NCBI GenBank assembly: GCA_002688355.1
Contig: NZCT01000025.1
Location: 27,175-91,174 of the forward strand
Direction of reading: 5' to 3'
Length of the DNA stretch: 64,000 bases
DNA from: an archaeon
GTDB lineage: Archaea > Nanobdellota > Nanobdellia > SCGC-AAA011-G17 > GW2011-AR20
A model generated the notes under the pieces. That model did not search any database. It was not told the DNA's origin and was given only the letters and a program-made list of their open reading frames with translations. A program made the position numbers and the translations under genes. Within the stretch, counting starts at the first letter, position 1. Every line of letters begins with the position of its first letter. Shown piece after piece: positions 39,569 through 47,063 of this stretch.

Positions 39569-39676
39569 CGGGCCTGACGAGATTTGAACTCGCGACCCCT
39601 TGCTAACTTCAAAAGTTAGAAGGCAATCAAGCCAGTTTTTAAGCTGTGTGCTCTATCCAAGCTGAGCTACAGGCCC
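39569..39676 (-). tRNA. tRNA gene with a long insertion (probable intron); anticodon-like loop CTTAAAA (UAA, Leu?) present but stem unclear
   Basis: Reverse complement has acceptor GGGCCTG/CAGGCCC, D-arm GCTC-AGCTTGGATA-GAGC, T-arm GCGAG-TTCAAAT-CTCGT; 108 nt; internal hairpin CTAACTT-TTG-AAGTTAG. Confidence 0.55.
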
Positions 39677-39734
39677 ATGTTATGTTAAAAGTAAAGAATA
39701 TATTTGTTTAAAAGCTTTTTTACAACAAAGAAAT

Positions 39735-40427
39735 TTAAAAATTTATACCTGCTCCAACACGTCCTGAGACACGTCTTATGATTTTATTTTTTTCAATGTT
39801 ATCATCAAAACCATTAGTATAATCTCCAGAAACAACTATGTAAAATTTACTGCCTTTTTTTTCTTTATTTACTAAGTAAAACCTAATTCCACCACCAACA
39901 TGATAACTTGTTATAGTCATTCCATCGCTATCTATAGATTCACTAGATTCTCCAACTCCAAATCCTAAATTTGCAAAAATATTTTCGTAAGAAGAAGTTA
40001 ATCTGTTACTTTCAACTCCACCAGATATAAATGGAATAACTTTTCCCTCTTGTGCAAAATTAAGCCATGCTTCGAATCCAATACTCAAGTTTTCTAAAGT
40101 TTCTTTTTGCGAACTTAAACTTCCACCGAAAAATCTATTACTGGAAGCACGAAAAATATCTCCATGTTTAACGAATTTATCAAAAACTCCTCCAAATCCA
40201 ATATAATTATTCTCAGCGCCTATTAAAACTCTAGTTGAAATGTCATCTGGTTGATTATTAAAATCTTTAAATTCTTCACTTAATAGATTTGTAACTCCTG
40301 CACTACCTTGCATAATTAATCGAAATTTATTTTCTTGAGCTTCAACATTATTTATAGGATATAATAAATTAGATAATGCAATACTTCCATAAACAATACC
40401 TTTCTTTATAGTATTTGTTAAACTCAT
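39735..40427 (-). CDS. Bacterial-type outer-membrane beta-barrel-like protein (OmpA/OmpW/PF13505-like)
   Basis: Signal peptide with AQ cleavage context; repeated amphipathic beta-strand dyads (IGFGGVF, FGGSLSS, ISGGVES, LGFGVGES, YHVGGGIRFYL, VSGRVGAGINF); C-terminal aromatic Phe. Confidence 0.5.
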   Translation of the reverse strand: MSLTNTIKKGIVYGSIALSNLLYPINNVEAQENKFRLIMQGSAGVTNLLSEEFKDFNNQPDDISTRVLIGAENNYIGFGGVFDKFVKHGDIFRASSNRFFGGSLSSQKETLENLSIGFEAWLNFAQEGKVIPFISGGVESNRLTSSYENIFANLGFGVGESSESIDSDGMTITSYHVGGGIRFYLVNKEKKGSKFYIVVSGDYTNGFDDNIEKNKIIRRVSGRVGAGINF

Positions 40428-40476
40428 TTTGTTACTATTATAGAATTGTAAATCCTTTATAAAGCTTTCTAATTCA

Positions 40477-42921
40477 ATGACAACATTAAAAAACTATTTC
40501 TCTTTACTAATTAAAACAAAAATGGATTTTAAGAAAATAGAACAAAAATGGCAAGAAAAATGGGAACAGGACAAAGTTTTCAAGTCCATAGAAGATAAGA
40601 AAAAGAAATTCTATTGCCTAGAAATGTATCCCTACCCAAGTTCGGCTGGGCTGCATATGGGTCATGCATTGAATTATGGCATAGGAGACATATATGCTAG
40701 ATTTAAACGAATGAACAATTTTAACGTTTTATACCCGATGGGCTTTGACTCATTTGGTTTACCTGCAGAAAATGCAGCTATTAAAAATAATTCTCATCCA
40801 AAATTATTCACAGAATCAGCTATCAAAAATTATATTAAGCAAATGAAAGCTCTTGGTTTAAGTTATGATTGGGACAGAACCTTAATGAGCCACGATCCTA
40901 ATTACTACAAATGGAATCAGTATTTCTTTATTAAATTCTTGGAAAATGGATTAGCATCCAAAAAAAAATCAAGTGTAAATTGGTGTCCAGATTGTAATAC
41001 TGTTTTAGCAAACGAACAAGTAAATGAAGGTAAATGTTGGAGACACAAAGAAACAGAAGTTCAAATAAAACAATTAGAACAATGGTTCTTGAACACAACA
41101 AAATATGCTGATGAACTCCTTAAAGATATTGAAAAGTTAAATTGGCCAGAACGTATTAAAATAATGCAGAAAAATTGGATTGGTAAAAGTCACGGTTCTG
41201 AAATAATATTCAAAATTGAAGATGAGGATTGGAAAATATTCACAACAAGACCAGATACATTATTTGGAGTTACGTTTATGGTTATCTCTGCTCAACATAC
41301 AAAATTAATGTTCTTAGTTACAGAAGATCAAAAAGCAGAAGTTGAAACTTTCTTAAAAAAATTAAATTCAACAAAGGATGAAGATATTGATCAATTAGAA
41401 AAAGAAGGGGTTTTTACAGGAACTTATGCACAACATCCATTAACTAACGAAAAGATTCCAATTTATGCAGGAAACTTTGTCTTAGCTGAATATGGTTCTG
41501 GGATGATCATGGCAGTTCCTGGACATGACAAAAGAGACTTAGAGTTTGCAAAAAAATATGACTTACCAATTAAAGAAGTAATAAATGATTCTAATATTTT
41601 AATTAATTCAAAAAAGTTCAATGGTTTAACAGCTGAAGAAGCCAAAGATAAGATTACAAAAGAATTACAAAATAAAAATCTAGGAAAAAAAACAATTCAA
41701 TTCAAGATTCGTGATTGGCTAGTCTCAAGACAAAGATACTGGGGAACTCCTATTCCAATTATTTATTGTGATTCTTGTAATATAGTTCCAGTTCCAGAAA
41801 AAGACCTACCGGTTATACTCCCTGAAGATGTTAAATTTGGGGAAGGAAATCCATTAGAAACAAATGATGAATTTTTAAACGTTACTTGTCCAAAATGTGG
41901 CAAAAACGCTAAAAGAGAAACAGATACAATGGATACTTTCTTTGATAGTAGTTGGTATTTCTTAAGATACACAGATAACAAAAATAACAAAAAACCTTTT
42001 GAGAAAAGTAAAGTTGATTATTGGTTACCTGTTGATCAATATATTGGAGGAGCAGAACACGCAGTAATGCATTTAATTTATGCAAGATTTTTTACAAAAG
42101 CTCTAAGAGATTTAAAATTCCTAAATATAGATGAACCTTTTCCTAAATTATTTAATCAAGGGATGTTACATTTAGATGGTTTTGTTATGAGTAAAAGTAG
42201 AGGTAATGTTATCCTACCAGAAACTGTTTCAGAAAAATATGGGATAGACACAGCCAGATTATTTTTAGTTTCAGTAGCCTCTCCAGATAAAGATACAGAA
42301 TGGAATGAAAAAGGCGTAGAAGGAAGTCTAAGATTCATTAATAAAATCTTCAATTATTTTGAAACTGTTAAATTTGGAAAATCAAGTAAATCTCTAGAAA
42401 GTAAATTGAATAAAACTATTATAGATATATATGAAGATATTGAAAACTTTAGATATAATTATGCTGTCATTAAAATTAGAGAATTATTCGATTCGTTTGA
42501 AGAAGAGATTAATAAAAAAGATTTAGAATCTTTCATTAAAATATTAAGCCCTTTCTGTCCACACATCTCAGAGGAATTATGGGAAAAATTAGGAAATAAA
42601 ACATTCATCTCAAAAGAATCTTGGCCTAAAGCAGATAAAACTAAAATTAATAAAAAATTCGAAGAACAAGAAAAAATCTCAAATAATTTAATTAATGATA
42701 TAATTCATGTTGTAAACATAATAAAATCCAAAGGAAAGCAACCTGGAAAAGTTTATGTTTACGTTATCCCAAAAGAATTAACTCTTTACAATAAAGAATA
42801 TCTTGAAAAGAAATTAAACATAACTTTAGAAATTTATTCAGTTGCAGATCCAAAAAAACATGATCCTGAAAACAAATCTAAAAAAGCTAAACCAGGAAAA
42901 CCAGCACTATATGTAGAGTAA
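40477..42921 (+). CDS. leuS: Leucyl-tRNA synthetase (archaeal type, compact)
   Basis: HMGHALNYGIGD (HIGH), VMSKSRGNV (KMSKS), CPxC zinc motifs. Confidence 0.9.
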   Translation: MTTLKNYFSLLIKTKMDFKKIEQKWQEKWEQDKVFKSIEDKKKKFYCLEMYPYPSSAGLHMGHALNYGIGDIYARFKRMNNFNVLYPMGFDSFGLPAENAAIKNNSHPKLFTESAIKNYIKQMKALGLSYDWDRTLMSHDPNYYKWNQYFFIKFLENGLASKKKSSVNWCPDCNTVLANEQVNEGKCWRHKETEVQIKQLEQWFLNTTKYADELLKDIEKLNWPERIKIMQKNWIGKSHGSEIIFKIEDEDWKIFTTRPDTLFGVTFMVISAQHTKLMFLVTEDQKAEVETFLKKLNSTKDEDIDQLEKEGVFTGTYAQHPLTNEKIPIYAGNFVLAEYGSGMIMAVPGHDKRDLEFAKKYDLPIKEVINDSNILINSKKFNGLTAEEAKDKITKELQNKNLGKKTIQFKIRDWLVSRQRYWGTPIPIIYCDSCNIVPVPEKDLPVILPEDVKFGEGNPLETNDEFLNVTCPKCGKNAKRETDTMDTFFDSSWYFLRYTDNKNNKKPFEKSKVDYWLPVDQYIGGAEHAVMHLIYARFFTKALRDLKFLNIDEPFPKLFNQGMLHLDGFVMSKSRGNVILPETVSEKYGIDTARLFLVSVASPDKDTEWNEKGVEGSLRFINKIFNYFETVKFGKSSKSLESKLNKTIIDIYEDIENFRYNYAVIKIRELFDSFEEEINKKDLESFIKILSPFCPHISEELWEKLGNKTFISKESWPKADKTKINKKFEEQEKISNNLINDIIHVVNIIKSKGKQPGKVYVYVIPKELTLYNKEYLEKKLNITLEIYSVADPKKHDPENKSKKAKPGKPALYVE

Positions 42922-42960
42922 ACCATAGCATTTATAAATATAAATCTTCTAAAAAATAAT

Positions 42961-43494
42961 ATGAATATATGGCATGATTTAGATCCGGGAAAGAAAGCTC
43001 CAGAAGAAATTACTGTAGCAATAGAAGTTCCAACTGGATCACAAAACAAATATGAACTTGATAAAGAATCAGGAATGGTTAAATTAGATAGAGTTCTTTA
43101 TAGTCCAATGCATTATCCTGGAGATTATGGTTTAATTCCAAAAACATTATGGTTAGATGGAGATCCTTTAGATGTTCTAGTTTTAACTACAAATCCTTTA
43201 TTACCTGGAGTTTTAGCAGATGTTAGACCTATCGGAGTTTTAAAAATGGTAGATAATGGAGAAGAAGATGATAAAATTATAGCAGTTCCAATAGAAGATC
43301 CAAGATTCAATGAAATTAAAGATATTAAACATATCTCAGAACATAAAAGAAAGGAAATAAAACATTTCTTTGAAGTGTATAAACATCTACAAAACGTAAA
43401 AGTTACAGTACATGAAGAATTTCTAAATAAGAAAGAAGCAATTAAAGTAATTAAGAAAGGTTTAGAACTTTATAAGAAAGAATTTAACAAATAA
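42961..43494 (+). CDS. ppa: Inorganic pyrophosphatase (family I)
   Basis: YPGDYGLIPKTLWLDGDPLDVLVL metal-binding Asp cluster. Confidence 0.85.
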   Translation: MNIWHDLDPGKKAPEEITVAIEVPTGSQNKYELDKESGMVKLDRVLYSPMHYPGDYGLIPKTLWLDGDPLDVLVLTTNPLLPGVLADVRPIGVLKMVDNGEEDDKIIAVPIEDPRFNEIKDIKHISEHKRKEIKHFFEVYKHLQNVKVTVHEEFLNKKEAIKVIKKGLELYKKEFNK

Positions 43495-43523
43495 ATTTAT
43501 AAATATAGAAATTCTCCAAGTTT

Positions 43524-44045
43524 ATGAAAAAAGTATTATTTTCAATATTAATCTTAACAAGTTTATTTATTTTAGGTTGCACGACTGAAACTACCACAAC
43601 CACATTACAAGAAACTACTACAACTACAGAAGAAACTACAACCACAATAGAACCAAAGATGAAGAATATTGATGTACTAACAAATAAGGAACTTTACTTT
43701 CGAGCAGATGACGTAGAAATAAGTGTAAGAAACAATGGCCAAGAAATAGTAACCTTAACAGCAAGTAATGGCTGTGAAGATTTTTTCAAAATAACAAATC
43801 AAGATACTGGTAAAACTGTTCTTTTATACGATCACGAAGCTTTCTGTACTCAAGCAATTAAAGAATTAACAATAGAACCTGGCAAAACTGAAGTAATAGG
43901 AAATTGGGATCAAATTGATTTTACATCTAAAACATGCACTTATGGGGAATGCGATCCAGGCAATGCTGCCTTAGGAACATATAAGATACAAGTAAATGGT
44001 GCATCAAAAATAATAACTCTTATGATTCAACAAACTAATCTATAG
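43524..44045 (+). CDS. Putative lipoprotein, Thr-rich linker
   Basis: Signal plus lipobox-like LFILGC; poly-Thr; small beta-rich domain with paired Cys. Confidence 0.45.
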   Translation: MKKVLFSILILTSLFILGCTTETTTTTLQETTTTTEETTTTIEPKMKNIDVLTNKELYFRADDVEISVRNNGQEIVTLTASNGCEDFFKITNQDTGKTVLLYDHEAFCTQAIKELTIEPGKTEVIGNWDQIDFTSKTCTYGECDPGNAALGTYKIQVNGASKIITLMIQQTNL

Positions 44046-44106
44046 TTTCAATCTATTTCGTAGCTTTAAACAGGTTTATAAGTTAATCTTTCTATAATTA
44101 TTTAAA

Positions 44107-44727
44107 ATGGCTAAGCAAGAAAAATTCTTACTTTTATCTTTAGAAGAAGACAAAGCAAAAGAACTAGCTAACGCTATAAGCAATGAAACTTCGAGAAAAA
44201 TTCTAAATTACTTAACTGAAAAAGAAGCTTCAGAACATAAATTAGCTAAAAACTTAAAATTACCAGCTTCAACTATAAACTACAATATTAAAAATTTATT
44301 AAAAGCAAATTTAATTGAAGTAAAGGATTTTTATTGGAGTGAAAAAGGAAACAAAATAAATATGTACCAGGTTGCAAATAAATTAATTGTTATCTCTCCA
44401 AAACATGATGTTAATGAATTAAAAGTTAATATCAAAAGAATTTTACCAGTTGCTTTATTATCTTTTATAACCACAGGATTTATTTACATATTTACAAAAA
44501 CTAAAAATTTAGTAAGTTTTGGAGTGCAAGCACCACAAAAAGCTTTAGACTCTTCTAGGGGTTTAGTTGCAGAATCCGCTTCAATAACACAAGATACTTC
44601 TCAAACACCAACAGAAATATTTCAACAAATTATTCATGAACCCAATTACGCTTTGTGGTTTTTCCTGGGTTCCTTGTTTGTTATTGTAGTTTATGTTTTA
44701 ATTAATTTAATTAGAAAAAAGAAGTAA
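44107..44727 (+). CDS. ArsR/TrmB-like winged-helix regulator with C-terminal transmembrane segments
   Basis: HTH segment ISNETSRKILNYLTEKEASEHKLAKNLKLPASTINYNIKNL; two C-terminal TM helices. Confidence 0.5.
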   Translation: MAKQEKFLLLSLEEDKAKELANAISNETSRKILNYLTEKEASEHKLAKNLKLPASTINYNIKNLLKANLIEVKDFYWSEKGNKINMYQVANKLIVISPKHDVNELKVNIKRILPVALLSFITTGFIYIFTKTKNLVSFGVQAPQKALDSSRGLVAESASITQDTSQTPTEIFQQIIHEPNYALWFFLGSLFVIVVYVLINLIRKKK

Positions 44728-45955
44728 GTTTAGGTTGTTTTAATTCTTCATACAATAGACTTTTCTTTAACATCAAATCTAAGTTATATCTGAATTTTCT
44801 TAAAACAGTATTTCTAAGATAAGAAAACATTAGCTCTTTATTCTCAAAGCTTAAAGGATTATTTTCCATTGCTTTCCTTGCACTAGTCCTCGTAACCCAA
44901 ACTCCTAAGGGAACAGAGTAATCTTCTGTAACAAATCTAAAAACTATAGCAGAAGCTTTTCTCTTAATATTATTCAAATATTCTAGTATTCCCAACCTAA
45001 CAGTATAATAACCACCTGCAGTAGAATCAGCATATTTCGTTCTTCCTTTATATCCCTCATAGTCGGAACTAAAATTTAAAATCCCAGTGTGATTTTTAGG
45101 AGAATAAGTCTCAAATAACTCATAACTAAAACTATCTGGAAATAATAAAATATAATAATGATTACCAAAATATTCTGCATAATGTAATTGACAATTATCA
45201 ATTTGCTCATTAAATTTAATTAACTTAATAAAATTCTTACCTAACTGATCATCTACTGCAGTTATGCTCCATTTTGTTGGAACTAATTTTCTATTTTTTT
45301 TAAGACCAACAGAACCAACACTTAATACTTGTTGTAAAAACTGCTCATCAAAACCTTTCTTTTGTAAATAGTTCAAAGCTTCAACAGCCTTTAAATCCGT
45401 ATCATTAGTAACTTTATCAACACTTCTTTCTATCTTAACGTTAGAAGTTAGAGAAACTTTTTTCATAGGAGCACTTGGACCCATTGGCATTGCAATTTCT
45501 TCAAAATTAACTCGCATACTAGGTTTTTTCTTTAGTTCAACTTCAACATCTACTTTTTTACTAGCAACCCCAACATCTTTCATTAGCTCAATTAATCTAT
45601 TATCTTTCTGAATCTCAAATACATTTGTACTAGTTCTAGAATTAATCAAACTAGTTCTATATCTTACAATTTGAGCAATATTAAAATTATTCTTAACCCA
45701 GTAATTAACATCACTATAAATAGAAACATCCTTATCATGAAATCCAGGGCTCAGTATACCAACATTAACTTTAGGATATGCTAACTTACTTCCAACAAAG
45801 ATATTAGGAGGTGAAGAACCATAGAATGATTCTTTATCTAAACTCTTTACAGTATTATAGTAATATTCGTTCTTAGCACAAACAGGACAAAAGTTCCCTG
45901 AATAGTAAATCTTATGATGTTTATTCTCACATTTAACGTTAGGAAAATCAACCAT
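44711..45955 (-). CDS. nreA: NreA-like archaeal DNA-repair-associated protein with C-terminal PCNA-interacting (PIP) box
   Basis: N-terminal Cys4 (C..H..C..C); extreme C-terminus QPKLTSFF matches QxxLxxFF. Confidence 0.4.
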   Translation of the reverse strand: MVDFPNVKCENKHHKIYYSGNFCPVCAKNEYYYNTVKSLDKESFYGSSPPNIFVGSKLAYPKVNVGILSPGFHDKDVSIYSDVNYWVKNNFNIAQIVRYRTSLINSRTSTNVFEIQKDNRLIELMKDVGVASKKVDVEVELKKKPSMRVNFEEIAMPMGPSAPMKKVSLTSNVKIERSVDKVTNDTDLKAVEALNYLQKKGFDEQFLQQVLSVGSVGLKKNRKLVPTKWSITAVDDQLGKNFIKLIKFNEQIDNCQLHYAEYFGNHYYILLFPDSFSYELFETYSPKNHTGILNFSSDYEGYKGRTKYADSTAGGYYTVRLGILEYLNNIKRKASAIVFRFVTEDYSVPLGVWVTRTSARKAMENNPLSFENKELMFSYLRNTVLRKFRYNLDLMLKKSLLYEELKQPKLTSFF

Positions 45956-46041
45956 CTTACTTAGATTATATTAAAATATATAAATATTTATCAAGACTAA
46001 AATTATCTTTTAATCTAAGAAAAATATATAAAAGAGGTAAA

Positions 46042-46776
46042 ATGCTGAAAATTCAGAAAGATATCAATAATCTCAAAACATATCTAAATAGACTAAGTAA
46101 TACAAATAAAATAAAAGATATTAAAACAAAAAGAATTCTAAAATTTAATACTAGTAACAAATCTCTAGTTCAAAAAAATATTCAATATACAATATCATCT
46201 ATAAAAAACAATTTTTGGGAATTTTCTGATAATTTAGCAAAAGATGAAACTAATATAAAAATACTAAATAAAGTATATGATGGCGTTAAAACTCTAAATT
46301 ATAAAGATACAGATACTACTATTGACGCTTTAATACAAATAGAAGACGAACTTAAAAAAATTAAAACAACTCCAGATTTAAAAATAACTTTTGATGCTAA
46401 AAAAATCCCTTTAGAAATTAAAGAAGAGATAGTAACAGATTTTAATGAAGCTCACAGATGCTATCTTTCTGGAAATCATAGAAGTTCAATTATTTTATGC
46501 GGTCGTGTTTTAGAGATAGTATTACACAGAAAATACTTTGAATTAACTTCTCTAGATATTTTAGAAAAAAACCCTGGAATTGGTTTAGGTACATTAATAG
46601 CTAAGTTACAAGATAAAAACATAAATTTTGATCCAGGGGTTACTCAACAAATTCATCTAATAAATCAAACTAGAATTCATTCAGTTCATATTAAAAAAGA
46701 AACATTTTATCCTACAAAATCACAAAATCAAGCTATTTTACTCTTAACACAAGATATTTTAGAGAAGTTATTCTAA
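46042..46776 (+). CDS. HEPN-like (DUF4145-type) domain protein, predicted RNase / defence effector
   Basis: C-terminal helical domain HRCYLSGNHRSSIILCGRVLEIVLHRK ... QTRIHSVH (Rx4H HEPN motif). Confidence 0.45.
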   Translation: MLKIQKDINNLKTYLNRLSNTNKIKDIKTKRILKFNTSNKSLVQKNIQYTISSIKNNFWEFSDNLAKDETNIKILNKVYDGVKTLNYKDTDTTIDALIQIEDELKKIKTTPDLKITFDAKKIPLEIKEEIVTDFNEAHRCYLSGNHRSSIILCGRVLEIVLHRKYFELTSLDILEKNPGIGLGTLIAKLQDKNINFDPGVTQQIHLINQTRIHSVHIKKETFYPTKSQNQAILLLTQDILEKLF

Positions 46777-46784
46777 AAACCTTT

Positions 46785-46815
46785 ATATATACGTACATAT
46801 ACGTACAATATACTC
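46785..46815 (+). promoter_or_regulatory. Tandem direct repeats ATATACGTAC x2 (each with palindrome TACGTA) within an AT-rich promoter upstream of the RHH gene; putative operator
   Basis: Sequence tatATATACGTACATATACGTACaatatac read directly, 6-30 nt upstream of ATG 46821. Confidence 0.5.
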
Positions 46816-46820
46816 AAAAA

Positions 46821-47063
46821 ATGGAAGAAGGTGATCTAAATCTATACAGAAGAAAAAGACTTAATATAACGATAAATGAGAAGGTTCTAACTGATTTTAA
46901 ATCTCATTCTAGAGATAATAGTGTAAATATATCAAGATTCGTAGAAAATAAGATGTTAGAAGAGATGATGGCAAAAGACGTAAAGCAAAAAGATATGACT
47001 ATGGTAGCAGGAGCGTGGAGTGATTTATCTAATAAAAATTTCTTAAAGAAAAAAACAAAATAA
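46821..47063 (+). CDS. Ribbon-helix-helix (CopG/antitoxin-like) DNA-binding protein
   Basis: KRLNITINEKVLTDFKSHSRDNSVNISRFVENKMLEEM fits the RHH strand-helix-helix pattern. Confidence 0.5.
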   Translation: MEEGDLNLYRRKRLNITINEKVLTDFKSHSRDNSVNISRFVENKMLEEMMAKDVKQKDMTMVAGAWSDLSNKNFLKKKTK

